From IMG/VR virus record IMGVR_UViG_3300023179_000012: 64,000 nucleotides of DNA, one strand, 5' to 3'. How positions within the stretch are numbered: the stretch's first letter is position 1; each line of letters starts with the position of its first letter. Made by a program: the position numbers and the translations under genes. A model generated the notes under the pieces. It did not search any database. It was given only the letters and a program-made list of their open reading frames with translations, and had not been told where the DNA came from. Source of the DNA: a virus. Below, one piece after another: positions 8,579-19,083 of the stretch.

Positions 8579-9655
8579 TTATCCGAAAAGATTGTTATAA
8601 ATAATATTAGAAGTATTGGTCCAAGTTAGATTTTTAGCGGTCTCTAATCCAGCGGGATTAGTTCTTATATTATTCTTATACACAAATCTCATGTGTTCAA
8701 CCATTTGTTGTAATTGATTATCGCCAATTTCAGCCCAATTACCATAACCATCGAAAAATTTATTATCAATAGCGGGAGAAAGAGAATCAATATTAACGAG
8801 ATAACTATTCTCATTATTAGCATATTCTGTATGAGCCGAATAATTTGTCAAAATAACGGGCTTATTTAAAGCAAACAATTCGGGAACCTCATTATTCCAT
8901 CCTTCTGCTCTGGCTGGAAAAATTCCACAGTCCGATAATGCTATCAACTTTGCAACATCCGCATGGGAATTGATTCTAGGTAGAATTCTAATCTTGGATC
9001 CAAGCCTACTATTTTTATACATATTAATCCACATACCATTTTCTTCTTGACTTAAAAACGGATTGTGGTTTAACATCCACAGCTCAACATTATCATCCTC
9101 ATTAAATGCATTATTAAATGCTTCTAATAATATATCGTGTCCTTTTCTAATTTCCCATTTACCAATATTTAAAAATACATATTTATTACTATCTTTTTGC
9201 ACAGTATTATTGACTTCGTTATTAAACTTTGATGGGTCTATTCCAAGAGGGCTAATATATATTGGTATTTTAATACCATTATTAATTAACACTTCTTTTG
9301 CCCATTTAGAGGCGACAAAAATAAGATCAAGATTATTGATCATTCCTATTTCTTTGGGTTTTAATTTGTCAACTTCAAAAAATGTTAATGCTGCGTATTT
9401 ATTTTTACCAATTCTAGTAGCTAAATCAAATTGATGCCATATTTTAAAGCAAACATTATCATTAGAAAAATTTTCTTGCTTATTCATATCTTCAATGATT
9501 TGTTTTTCGTACTCATTACTATCTAACTGGATATTACCAATAGGAAATAGGCAAATATCTGTTTTTTCTCTTAAGCCTTTGTAGATATTATACGAAGTAA
9601 TACCATATCCTGTGAATCCTAGTGGACACATTAAATTAAGCTTTTGCATTTTCAT
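8579..9655 (-). CDS. GT4 (GT-B) glycosyltransferase
   Basis: NIGKWEIRKGHDILL; PARAEGWN...E. Confidence 0.9.
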   Translation of the reverse strand: MKMQKLNLMCPLGFTGYGITSYNIYKGLREKTDICLFPIGNIQLDSNEYEKQIIEDMNKQENFSNDNVCFKIWHQFDLATRIGKNKYAALTFFEVDKLKPKEIGMINNLDLIFVASKWAKEVLINNGIKIPIYISPLGIDPSKFNNEVNNTVQKDSNKYVFLNIGKWEIRKGHDILLEAFNNAFNEDDNVELWMLNHNPFLSQEENGMWINMYKNSRLGSKIRILPRINSHADVAKLIALSDCGIFPARAEGWNNEVPELFALNKPVILTNYSAHTEYANNENSYLVNIDSLSPAIDNKFFDGYGNWAEIGDNQLQQMVEHMRFVYKNNIRTNPAGLETAKNLTWTNTSNIIYNNLFG

Positions 9656-10766
9656 AAATCCTATTGTGAGTATTGTTTACTTGTATAAATGTTGTTTTTT
9701 TACCGAAATCTTTAATTTTTGTAGCACCAATGTAGGTACAAGCACTACGCAAGCCACCATATATATCTTGAATAGTATCCAAGGCTTTTCCTTTGTAAAG
9801 TACTGTTACGCATTTACCTTCTGCTGTTCTGTAATTTGCTACTCCGTTATGGTGTTTATCCATAGCATTTTTGCTACTCATTCCATAGTATTTTAATGAT
9901 ACTTTTCTTTTTTCAGTAGTATATCCGGGGTCTACTGGTTGCCAAAAATGACTTTCTGGTAATCCTGCCCTATATTCATATACCCATTCACCTTCACATT
10001 CATCACATCCAGCAAACATACTACCAAGCATTACAAAGTCGCTGTTACCACCAAACGCCTTACAAATATCTCCAACAACTTTGCATCCACCATCGGAACA
10101 AATATGGCCACCAAGACCATGAGCAGCATCAGCACATTCCATTACAGCACTCAACTGTGGGTATCCAACGCCGGTTTTTAAACGAGTGGTACACACACTA
10201 CCAGAACCAATACCAACCTTGACTATATCTACCTTGCCATGAATAATTAATTCTTCAACCATTTCTGGAGTAACAACATTACCGGCCATAATAATAATTT
10301 CTGGATATAATTTTCTAATATGAGAAACTGTTTTAACAAATTTTTCCGTATATCCATTGGCAATATCCACACAAATATTTGGAAGAGAGACTCCGTGGTT
10401 TGTGAGGGCAATAAAAATTTCTGTTAATTTTTCTATATCTTTATGAGAAGTACCAACAGAATAAAATATTAAATTTTTATTAACTATATTCGGATCAGTA
10501 TATAAACTGACATAATGAGCAGGACTATAATGTTTATGTAGACAGGTGATCGCTTGATTTTTTGCTAATATCTTGCCCATTTCTAAAGTACCAACAGTAT
10601 CCATATTAGCAACCATTATTGGTACCGATATCAATTCTCTAGGAGAATATTTAAAATTAAAAATTCTAGATATACAAACCTCTGATCTACTATTTAGAGT
10701 GGATCTTTTTGGCCTAATCAAAACATCATCAAAATCTAACTTAGTTTCATTAATTATTTTTTGCAT
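9636..10766 (-). CDS. guaC: GMP reductase
   Basis: LDFDDVLIRPKRSTLNSRSEV, KVGIGSGSVCTTR, SDGG, YGMSS. Confidence 0.95.
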   Translation of the reverse strand: MQKIINETKLDFDDVLIRPKRSTLNSRSEVCISRIFNFKYSPRELISVPIMVANMDTVGTLEMGKILAKNQAITCLHKHYSPAHYVSLYTDPNIVNKNLIFYSVGTSHKDIEKLTEIFIALTNHGVSLPNICVDIANGYTEKFVKTVSHIRKLYPEIIIMAGNVVTPEMVEELIIHGKVDIVKVGIGSGSVCTTRLKTGVGYPQLSAVMECADAAHGLGGHICSDGGCKVVGDICKAFGGNSDFVMLGSMFAGCDECEGEWVYEYRAGLPESHFWQPVDPGYTTEKRKVSLKYYGMSSKNAMDKHHNGVANYRTAEGKCVTVLYKGKALDTIQDIYGGLRSACTYIGATKIKDFGKKTTFIQVNNTHNRIYENAKA

Positions 10767-11289
10767 TGAAGAAGTACCACCTTCTATGAGTTTCTATGTT
10801 TTCAGAATTATTAATATGTTCCAAATAGTGTTTGATTTCTTCCCAATTTGAAAAAATCATCTGATGAGGAACTGTGCCGAATAACCAGTCTGGTGTTTTA
10901 TTTTTTCCTTGGACCATATGTACTATAATAGGTTTTTTCTGACGGTTAGCCCAAAAAATTTCTTCATATGTGCCACAAGGATGAATATCTAAGTCAAGAT
11001 TTACTATTAAAAAGTCGCTTATGTCAACGAGCCTTAAATCAACTGCTCGTATGGTTTTCATCATATTGGATAACTCATCATATCTGCTCATTTGTTTAAG
11101 TTTGGTTTTTATCTGATGGGTATCGTGATCTTCTAAACCAATATCTGTTGGCTTGCTAATAGGATTAAAAACAACTACTCCTAATTCTTCTAGAAATGGA
11201 GTTATCGCATCTCTCCATCCTGTGCCTCTGTCGGCAACTCTGTCCATTGCACCAGCAAGATAAACCCTTTGATTATTTAACCTATTCAT
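10750..11289 (-). CDS. nucleoside 2-deoxyribosyltransferase-like / nucleotide N-hydrolase
   Basis: VYLAG, FNP, DLRLVDISD, GTYEEI. Confidence 0.8.
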   Translation of the reverse strand: MNRLNNQRVYLAGAMDRVADRGTGWRDAITPFLEELGVVVFNPISKPTDIGLEDHDTHQIKTKLKQMSRYDELSNMMKTIRAVDLRLVDISDFLIVNLDLDIHPCGTYEEIFWANRQKKPIIVHMVQGKNKTPDWLFGTVPHQMIFSNWEEIKHYLEHINNSENIETHRRWYFFNAKNN

Positions 11290-11297
11290 CTTTGCTC

Positions 11298-11840
11298 CTA
11301 AGATTTTTTAAACATCCAACAACTACGATCAATAAATGTTAAATTGTCTCGCCCAAATTTTTCATCTACCGCCTTAACTACTCCTGGCCACCATTTATTA
11401 TAATCGTGTCCACTTATATAGCCTCCAGGTTTAACTTTATCGAACCATAACTCTATATCTTTTGATACTGCTTCAAAAGTGTGTTCCATATCCAGAAACA
11501 CAACGTCACAAGAATTATTCTCGAAATCCAATACTGCTTCATCCGATAATTTTTTGATTGGATTAAATTTTCTATCGCCCATATTTTCTAAAAAAAGACT
11601 GTATATATCAGTAGTTATTATGCTTTTATGATTTGTGTTTAATTCATTCTTTGAACCAAGCCAACTATCAACAATAAAAACTTTCACTCTATCCCCAGCA
11701 ATATCACAAAGATATGAAGAACTTTTACCTAGCCAAGCCCCACATTCCACAAATGTACCATCATCAGGAATTTGTGATACTAGAAAGTCATATGTTTGTG
11801 TGAACCCAAACCATCCTTTAATTTCTGTATGATTTTTCAT
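11298..11840 (-). CDS. class I SAM methyltransferase (Methyltransf_24-like)
   Basis: VECGAWLGKS, VFLDMEH, KPGGYISGHDY. Confidence 0.85.
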   Translation of the reverse strand: MKNHTEIKGWFGFTQTYDFLVSQIPDDGTFVECGAWLGKSSSYLCDIAGDRVKVFIVDSWLGSKNELNTNHKSIITTDIYSLFLENMGDRKFNPIKKLSDEAVLDFENNSCDVVFLDMEHTFEAVSKDIELWFDKVKPGGYISGHDYNKWWPGVVKAVDEKFGRDNLTFIDRSCWMFKKS

Positions 11841-11841
11841 T

Positions 11842-12699
11842 TTAGCCCAATAACATAATCTGTGAAGGATTCAAATACATATGAAATCCATCCATGTTCG
11901 TAGATATATTATAATGAAAAGTAACGTGTTCACAATCGTAGCCAAAATATTGACCACCTACGAAGTATGAGGTTTTGTATATGCACAAACCACCAAATCC
12001 ACTATTTATTCTAATCGGAAGTGACCCTGGTGGCAAAATCCACATTCCAAACCATAACATTTGGTTATAGTTGTAAACTTCTGTTAATTCATTAAATTGT
12101 AAATCTTCCCACCATGAAGATCTAAATGCCCAGCAATCATAATTCCATAAACTTGGTTTGTGAGGATACATAAACGGCTTAATCTCAAAACTATTACCAC
12201 AAATTGCTGCAATATGATTTTGATTATGTAACCATCCAAAACTGTTTAATACTCCATCAGTACTAAAGTCTTGGAAATCCGTATCGATAACAATAGAATA
12301 ATCGTAATGACTAAGATTAGTTTTCACATAATCTTTGAGTATATTACGATATTCGGCTAGCGCTTCTGTTCTTGCTCTATCTTTTACAGTACCGAATTGT
12401 GGTCGGTTGAAGTTTTGAGATAGAATAGTTATATTATTGTTCTGCTTAGATAGGTCTAATAATTTTTGTTTAGTATTATCTGACGAGTCGTTTTCAAAAA
12501 TAACCAATTTGTATTCTAAACAATGTTTTTCAACAAAATTAATAATTTTTTGAACATTTTTTTCTATCACATTTTCAAGATTTCTACATAATCCTAAGAC
12601 TACTATTTTTTTAGACTTAAGATGTTCTATACCATCATCTATGGTTTTTTTATAAGCGTCTTTGTAAAGATTAGGAACGGCGAGTAAGTTGTCTATCAT
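11842..12699 (-). CDS. glycosyltransferase (CAP59-like GT-A)
   Basis: IFENDSSD, LAEYRN, IDTD, NSGFGG, DCEHV. Confidence 0.7.
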   Translation of the reverse strand: MIDNLLAVPNLYKDAYKKTIDDGIEHLKSKKIVVLGLCRNLENVIEKNVQKIINFVEKHCLEYKLVIFENDSSDNTKQKLLDLSKQNNNITILSQNFNRPQFGTVKDRARTEALAEYRNILKDYVKTNLSHYDYSIVIDTDFQDFSTDGVLNSFGWLHNQNHIAAICGNSFEIKPFMYPHKPSLWNYDCWAFRSSWWEDLQFNELTEVYNYNQMLWFGMWILPPGSLPIRINSGFGGLCIYKTSYFVGGQYFGYDCEHVTFHYNISTNMDGFHMYLNPSQIMLLG

Positions 12700-13325
12700 C
12701 TTTTTACTTTCTGTAGTGTTTCTTTTATGTAGTTTACTCTTAACGGGTTATACGGAAACATTCCGCATGGATGACAAACAAAGTCACCTTCTTGCCAATG
12801 AGATCCGGGTAATCCGGGTCCATTACCCGGCTTATTCCACACACATGAATTAAAAGATCTTAAGGGCGCCACAGTTAGCGTATCTCCTATCACATGACGT
12901 ATCGCATATAACCAAGTTTGCCACTGACAAACCAAGGGCTTCCAATCTTTTTCATTATCTGTAATAGATTGCAATAAAGATTTGCTTTTGAAAGTATTTT
13001 TCATAACAATAGAACCACAATTAATATGATTCCAAGGCACAATACCCTCTTCGCAAACAGTGATATGCGGACCCAAACATTTTAAGTCTTCTAATTTTTG
13101 TGTCATATCTGTTATTATAGTATCAGCATCCATATACCATAATATATCATAATTATTTAATAATGGTATTAAACTGTTCATATGTATCATAATATCTTCG
13201 TATGGCTGATCGTTCATTATAAGTGAATAATTATGTCTTAAACAATACTCTAATTTATTTGGCATTGTGATAGAAGACATATCATGTATCTCTTTGGACA
13301 CATTAGTAAATATAGCTATTCTCAT
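12696..13325 (-). CDS. GT34 (GMA12/MNN10-like) glycosyltransferase
   Basis: KLEYCLRHNY, WYMDAD, INCGSIV. Confidence 0.75.
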   Translation of the reverse strand: MRIAIFTNVSKEIHDMSSITMPNKLEYCLRHNYSLIMNDQPYEDIMIHMNSLIPLLNNYDILWYMDADTIITDMTQKLEDLKCLGPHITVCEEGIVPWNHINCGSIVMKNTFKSKSLLQSITDNEKDWKPLVCQWQTWLYAIRHVIGDTLTVAPLRSFNSCVWNKPGNGPGLPGSHWQEGDFVCHPCGMFPYNPLRVNYIKETLQKVKR

Positions 13326-13326
13326 A

Positions 13327-13803
13327 TTATCTCTTTAGGTTTAGATAGCTTGGTTTATCAGAATATATAAAATCTAGAAATTGTTCTTTTAGTTGATCTT
13401 CTGTGGCAGGCTTATATATTTGTATATTTGGTAAGCACTTTAGTATCTTTTCATCATCTTCTGCCCAATGACTAATACCATCGTGACTATAATCCTTATC
13501 TCTACCACTACCAACTAATTTGACAGGAACGGCTTCGTAGTCAATATAATTGCGTATAAATTCAAATGGCCTATATAATAGAAAAGGGGTGATAGAATAG
13601 CATATTGGTATTTTTTTACTTTCTGCTAATCCTATACCAATGCCGATCATTAATTGTTCTGCCGCACCAGTATTAAAAAATCTATCAGAAAATGTTTCTT
13701 TGCATTTGTCTAGAACCCCAAAACCAAGATCAGCAGTTACTAAGAAAATATCTTGATTTTTTTGCATTTCCTCAAAAATCATCGACCCAAACAATTTTCT
13801 CAT
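13327..13803 (-). CDS. transketolase-like TPP enzyme, pyrimidine-binding subunit
   Basis: TADLG, FFNTGAAEQ, DGISH. Confidence 0.9.
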   Translation of the reverse strand: MRKLFGSMIFEEMQKNQDIFLVTADLGFGVLDKCKETFSDRFFNTGAAEQLMIGIGIGLAESKKIPICYSITPFLLYRPFEFIRNYIDYEAVPVKLVGSGRDKDYSHDGISHWAEDDEKILKCLPNIQIYKPATEDQLKEQFLDFIYSDKPSYLNLKR

Positions 13804-14426
13804 ATTTTACCATAATCCTCTGGTTTCAATACATAATAGTGGCTTAAGAGTCCTTTGGCAAATCCGTAGTCTGGTATAGACGATTCTCTAATGTTGATAT
13901 TGGGCAAAAACGCTCTTAGTCTGTTTTTCAAGTTTTCTGTATCGATATAGTCATATGCACCCATACCATTGATATTAACATAAACGTGGAGATTATCTAA
14001 ACGATGTTTATGAATAAAAGCAAGAGACTCCCATATTGATCCCTCTGCACATTCACCGTCAGAAATTAAACACCAGACATTTTTTGATCTGTTAGCCAAA
14101 GCATGACCAACAGCAATTGGCAATCCAGAGCCTAAACTTCCAGTTGAACAATATAGTTTATTAGCAATATCTTTACCAGGATGTATTCCGTGCTTGTGCA
14201 AAAGTTCTACAGGATTAATACCGTATTTGGCTTCCAGTATACAATAAAGAGCCAAACCAGAATGACCGTTGCTTAATATAAAAACATCGTCTTCATTTTT
14301 TAAATCGTAAATTTCTTCTATTATTGGTAATGAACTTAGACAACTACTAAGATGACTAAGTTTTTCTTGGTATGTAATATCTATAAGTCTTTGTCTGATA
14401 TTCATGAAATTTTTGAGTAAAACCAA
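13800..14426 (-). CDS. transketolase-like TPP enzyme, N-terminal subunit
   Basis: LSNGH, TGSLGSGL, SDGECAEGSIWE. Confidence 0.9.
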   Translation of the reverse strand: MVLLKNFMNIRQRLIDITYQEKLSHLSSCLSSLPIIEEIYDLKNEDDVFILSNGHSGLALYCILEAKYGINPVELLHKHGIHPGKDIANKLYCSTGSLGSGLPIAVGHALANRSKNVWCLISDGECAEGSIWESLAFIHKHRLDNLHVYVNINGMGAYDYIDTENLKNRLRAFLPNINIRESSIPDYGFAKGLLSHYYVLKPEDYGKI

Positions 14427-15160
14427 TCACTCACCTCTTTAGGAAACAATTCATTAACTCGTTCTTTTCTTCTATTCCATCCATGAGCCACATGATAACT
14501 TCTCAGCGGCTTATCGTCTAAAAAGACCTTATCGTTTTTAACAACTGTTTGATTAACTCTGCCTAAACTAGAGCAATTATAATAGCATTGAAATTTATCT
14601 GAATGAAAATCATAGTCACCATCTAATATTTTAGTTTTATATTGTTGATTATGCCATAATATATTAAATACATCATTTTCATAAACTGGTAATAGATTAG
14701 ACAATTTCATTGATAGGTTTTCGTATTCATCCCAAAAACCTTTATTTGTACTAGCTATTAATCCTCCTTGAACATAATGCTGTTCGTTTACCTCTGGTAT
14801 CTGATAAGTAAAGAGATTTTGTCTTTTTAGTTTAACGTTTTGCACAATGTTGAAATTTGCACAAGCAGCAATGTCGTAATCTGCTTCTAAAATCTCATAG
14901 CATCTATCGAAAAAATAAAAATCAGAATCAATATTAACTAATAAATCATAATCATTGTATAATAATTTAGCAAAACTTGCTTTACAATTAGTATTATTTA
15001 ACCACGGCTTTTGACTAAATAGAGTATTTATAGTCTGACTATCAAATACTATCATATCAATATCAGGATGAAAATATTTAAAGCTCTTATAAAAGCTATC
15101 AAAATCTATATTAGTATTCCTGTAATTATCAGTTATCCAGGTATAGAATGCGATTTTCAT
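14402..15160 (-). CDS. putative GT-A glycosyltransferase
   Basis: IDSD (DxD), ENDVFN, YHVAHG. Confidence 0.6.
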   Translation of the reverse strand: MKIAFYTWITDNYRNTNIDFDSFYKSFKYFHPDIDMIVFDSQTINTLFSQKPWLNNTNCKASFAKLLYNDYDLLVNIDSDFYFFDRCYEILEADYDIAACANFNIVQNVKLKRQNLFTYQIPEVNEQHYVQGGLIASTNKGFWDEYENLSMKLSNLLPVYENDVFNILWHNQQYKTKILDGDYDFHSDKFQCYYNCSSLGRVNQTVVKNDKVFLDDKPLRSYHVAHGWNRRKERVNELFPKEVSDWFYSKIS

Positions 15161-15861
15161 TTATACACAAACAATCCGTCGTTACTTTTGTCTTCGGTCT
15201 TATATCCATGATTAATAAACTTGTTTTTCATCATGCTTCTACATTGATCAAAGTGAGAACAATACTGTGGATATGTATGAACTTCTACAAAAAGATTATC
15301 CACAATTGGATAGATATAGTCTAAAAATTCATCTGTTATAACTTTAAATTCTGAGCCTTCAATATCCATCTTTAATAGATCTATATGCTCTATGTTATTT
15401 TCACTAATAATGGTTTGTAGTCTTCTGCCGTTTACAGTCACAAAATTATTTGTTGGACTAACAGCACTATTTGATGTTGTATTATGGTTTACAATATAAA
15501 ACCTAATTTCTTCATCCTCATTCCATAAAGCATAATTTATTGGTTTAATATTATCGAGTTTAGAAGAAGACACCACATGATTTAGAATACTAAAATGTGA
15601 TGGAGTAGGTTCTATAGCATAAATAGCTTTGCTTGATGGTGAACAAAAAACGGAAAATAAACCAACATTAGCACCAGCGTCTACCACAACAAGATCTTTT
15701 TTACCATCAAAAAAGAAGTCATAAATTCTATCCCTATTAATTTGTTCATTAAGAATAGTATTGATATATGATTGTGGTGAGAAAAAATGTGCTACTGCTT
15801 GAGGCTCTGATATTTTAATTTGTACGGGTATTTGATTACTAGCAATCATATCAAGAATCAT
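15157..15861 (-). CDS. FkbM-family methyltransferase
   Basis: VDAGANVGLFS, LLKMDIEGSE. Confidence 0.92.
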   Translation of the reverse strand: MILDMIASNQIPVQIKISEPQAVAHFFSPQSYINTILNEQINRDRIYDFFFDGKKDLVVVDAGANVGLFSVFCSPSSKAIYAIEPTPSHFSILNHVVSSSKLDNIKPINYALWNEDEEIRFYIVNHNTTSNSAVSPTNNFVTVNGRRLQTIISENNIEHIDLLKMDIEGSEFKVITDEFLDYIYPIVDNLFVEVHTYPQYCSHFDQCRSMMKNKFINHGYKTEDKSNDGLFVYK

Positions 15862-16679
15862 AGTGTTTTCCTTTGTGTTATTAAGTCTTGTACGCCTTGT
15901 TTAAGTGAAAATCTTGGAACAAATCCATACTTTTCTTTAGCATATTTTATATCGCATAACCATGTATTGTTTTCAAAAGGCTTGGCCAACCCCTGACTAA
16001 TCTTAATACAATCTGGTTGATTTCCAAAAATATTAATAAAGATATTAAGTACTTCAAAATTAGATGTTTGTCTACCCGTGCCAAAATTTACTATATCACC
16101 ATTATAACCATTATGCAATAGTAAATCTAGGCCAAAAATAAAATCGTTGATATAAATAAAGTCATGATATCCTTCTGATAGTACCATTTCTGTGTTATTT
16201 ACAAAAGCCTCGTAAAGTTTTGAAAAGAGTCGATATGATTTTTCGTATTTACCATATAAACTATATGGTCTTGCAACTATAATTGGTAAATCATATTCTA
16301 TTGCTGCTGATTGACACATTAATGTTGCTGCCGCTTTTGTACCAGCATAATAAGATACAGGCTCTAATAAGTCGGTTTCTTTGCTAGGAAAATCTTTTTT
16401 ACCATACTCTGCCGATGATCCTATCTGAACGAGTTTAGTTTTTGTTTGTTTGACATATTCTATTAGCTTATGAACTAATCCAACATTAGTATCAAACATA
16501 GTTTCAAAATCATATATGCTTGCTGCTGTATTAATAATAAAATCTGGATTTTCCGCTAACTTATCATCTATATGATCGTTTCTAGATAGCGTAATGATAG
16601 AATATTTATTGGTATAATACTCAATTAAATTTTTACCAACAAACCCATTGGATCCGGTAATTAATATTTTCTTTACCAT
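15858..16679 (-). CDS. NAD-dependent sugar epimerase/reductase
   Basis: TGSNGFVG, GSSAEYG, YAGTK. Confidence 0.9.
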   Translation of the reverse strand: MVKKILITGSNGFVGKNLIEYYTNKYSIITLSRNDHIDDKLAENPDFIINTAASIYDFETMFDTNVGLVHKLIEYVKQTKTKLVQIGSSAEYGKKDFPSKETDLLEPVSYYAGTKAAATLMCQSAAIEYDLPIIVARPYSLYGKYEKSYRLFSKLYEAFVNNTEMVLSEGYHDFIYINDFIFGLDLLLHNGYNGDIVNFGTGRQTSNFEVLNIFINIFGNQPDCIKISQGLAKPFENNTWLCDIKYAKEKYGFVPRFSLKQGVQDLITQRKTL

Positions 16680-17692
16680 ATAAATTTGTGTTTATAATAG
16701 CGCACTATTTGCTTGAGTTCTTGATCAAAACTAGCATTAGGCTTCCACCCTAATGATTTTAATTTAGAATCATCTAAGGAGTATCTTACGTCCTGACCAC
16801 TCCTTTTAACATCATAATCGATATACTTATTAATATCTATTGATTCTATTTTTTTATTTAAATATACTGAGATAATTTTTTTGACCGTATCTATATTTTT
16901 TTGTTCTAGATTACCAGAAATATTAAAGATTTCATTATAACAATTAGATTCTATAATACTTGACACAGCACTAGACGTATCTTTTGCGTGTAACCAATTT
17001 CTAATGGGTTCGCCATGATTATGTAGTGGGATTTTTCTACCAAGGTTGAGATATTTAATTGTCTTGGGTATAAGTTTTTCTACATATTGTCCCATACCAT
17101 AATTATTAGTTGGTCTAACAATAATATAAGGAATACTATACGTTCTGCTCCACGCTTGTATTAACATATCCGCAGCGGCTTTTGTTGCCGAATAAGGATT
17201 GGATGGTTTGAGCAAATCCTGCTCTGTATGAGATCCTTCTATGATATCCCCATATACTTCGTCAGTACTAAAATGTACAAGTTTTGGCAACTGTCCATTT
17301 TCTGTACGGTATTCGCGTAATAATTCTAGTATTCTTTGAACACCATTTATATTTGATTGAATAAAATCTTTACTACTAATAATACTATTACCAACATGAG
17401 TTTCAGCAGCAACGTTGATTATATAATCGCAGTCATATAAAAATTCTAGATCATTAATATCTAATTGGTTAAATGAAAAGTTTTTATATTTGCTAAATGT
17501 TTGAAGTAATTCGGCGTTTGCCGCATAAGTAATTTTGTCAATTCCTTTGACAAACCAACCTTTCTTTAAACAGTCGTTGGTTATGTAGGATCCTATAAAT
17601 CCCAAACATCCAGTGATATAAACAACCTTGGGTTTTTTCATTTCACTGCTTTGGGTTATAAACATAAACAGGGATATTGTACCAAATATCAC
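16673..17692 (-). CDS. rmlB: dTDP-glucose 4,6-dehydratase
   Basis: AAETHV, STDEVYG, PSNPYSATK, TNNYG, RNWLH. Confidence 0.9.
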   Translation of the reverse strand: MIFGTISLFMFITQSSEMKKPKVVYITGCLGFIGSYITNDCLKKGWFVKGIDKITYAANAELLQTFSKYKNFSFNQLDINDLEFLYDCDYIINVAAETHVGNSIISSKDFIQSNINGVQRILELLREYRTENGQLPKLVHFSTDEVYGDIIEGSHTEQDLLKPSNPYSATKAAADMLIQAWSRTYSIPYIIVRPTNNYGMGQYVEKLIPKTIKYLNLGRKIPLHNHGEPIRNWLHAKDTSSAVSSIIESNCYNEIFNISGNLEQKNIDTVKKIISVYLNKKIESIDINKYIDYDVKRSGQDVRYSLDDSKLKSLGWKPNASFDQELKQIVRYYKHKFIW

Positions 17693-18188
17693 TAATAAGA
17701 TTTTCTATAAATTGCCAATTACCACCAGCAAGACCACTACCGAATTTTGGACAATGAATCTCTATATTTTTTTCTGATGAGTTTTGTAAACCCGCGACTG
17801 TGTTTCTAATATCTATCATGGACTTCATTAAATATTCATAATTTAGTGGTCTAGGATTATTTTTAGCAATAGTTTTGTTTTGGGCAATCATGTTAGCAAC
17901 TATTAACTCGTGCCTATATGATGGGTTTTTTAATACTGTAATATATTGAACATGGCCTAATTTAGCCTTGTTACCTAGTAAGTGAAAATTCTCTTTTACT
18001 ATCGGAAATCTATTTGCTATATAAGCAGCAAATCCAGCGCCAAATAAATTAATATTGTTGCATACATGGGGGATGATAACACTTGAACCAAGATGGTCAG
18101 AATTGATTCTTTGTTTTGAGGATTCTATTATATCTTCTGATAAATAAACAAAAGACTTCGACGGTGATGATAGTTTATGCTTTAGCAT
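17643..18188 (-). CDS. macro domain (ADP-ribose processing) protein
   Basis: IPHVCNN..FGAGFA, ANMIAQ, PKFGSGLAGGNW. Confidence 0.85.
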   Translation of the reverse strand: MLKHKLSSPSKSFVYLSEDIIESSKQRINSDHLGSSVIIPHVCNNINLFGAGFAAYIANRFPIVKENFHLLGNKAKLGHVQYITVLKNPSYRHELIVANMIAQNKTIAKNNPRPLNYEYLMKSMIDIRNTVAGLQNSSEKNIEIHCPKFGSGLAGGNWQFIENLISDIWYNIPVYVYNPKQ

Positions 18189-18191
18189 TTT

Positions 18192-18425
18192 TCACCATTT
18201 GCCTAAAGGACATTTTTGGTCTGCCCATGCAAGTTTATTCATAAAGATTCTTTGTTTATTAATATTACAACCGCAATCTAAGCATATGCTTTTGGTCTTG
18301 TCAAAATGGTCACAATTATCACATATCGAGAATCTTTGATTAATTAACGCTTGACTACTTTTAGGCATTCCACAATGAACATGCCAAATAAATGATTTAA
18401 TAAAAGTAAACAATCTTGTAATCAT
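18192..18425 (-). CDS. Cys-rich small protein (DUF6171-like)
   Basis: CDNC...CLDCGC...CPLGKW. Confidence 0.65.
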   Translation of the reverse strand: MITRLFTFIKSFIWHVHCGMPKSSQALINQRFSICDNCDHFDKTKSICLDCGCNINKQRIFMNKLAWADQKCPLGKW

Positions 18426-18429
18426 TATT

Positions 18430-19083
18430 TTACTCCCAAGTTTTAGATTTACGACCCGACCAATTAATCATAGTCGGCCCAAGGTGAATAACAAAGCTGC
18501 CATCTATAATTTTTCTATTATTAGGTCCGAAGTTAAATTTAGCAAACCATCTGTCCACTCTAGCAGCATTAGGAAACTGAGGATACTCTAGTTGTCTATT
18601 AATAATATGGTCAGCAGATAAATTAATTAATTGAAAATATCCAGGAGTATAATGCATCGCTCTTTCTAATCGAGGATTTGGTTTAACTCTACCTTCAATA
18701 ATATCTTTCAACTCGTTTGAGGAATGAACAATATGTCTTCTCATTCCATAAATATTATTTTTATCTAAATTAAGCTCTTGAATTGTAGACTTTAAATTTA
18801 ACGGATAAATACAATCGGCATCTCCTATAAGCAGCCAATCTTTATCTTGTATATGTTTTAATCCCTCATTTAATCCTGCTCCTTTATTAAAATCGCATTT
18901 ATTGTCAAAAAAGATATCTGTTTCTATAGTTTTTATGTTTGAGTATTGTCTACAAACATTTTGAGTATGATGATCGGTTGTTGATGTTACTACTGTGATT
19001 TGGTCAAATATAGAGGCGTTTTGTTTTAATGTTTCGTTTAGGTAATCGCCAAAATTTACGCTAACACAAAGAAAATTAATCAT
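18430..19083 (-). CDS. GT2-like glycosyltransferase
   Basis: FNKGAGLN, GDADC; paralog of neighbour. Confidence 0.75.
   Translation of the reverse strand: MINFLCVSVNFGDYLNETLKQNASIFDQITVVTSTTDHHTQNVCRQYSNIKTIETDIFFDNKCDFNKGAGLNEGLKHIQDKDWLLIGDADCIYPLNLKSTIQELNLDKNNIYGMRRHIVHSSNELKDIIEGRVKPNPRLERAMHYTPGYFQLINLSADHIINRQLEYPQFPNAARVDRWFAKFNFGPNNRKIIDGSFVIHLGPTMINWSGRKSKTWE

Noticed and set aside
8579-11289. DNA hypermodification by the GT4 enzyme plus the NDT-like gene
   Set aside because: No hydroxymethylase, TET/JBP or modified-base pathway in the window; a glycan role is simpler
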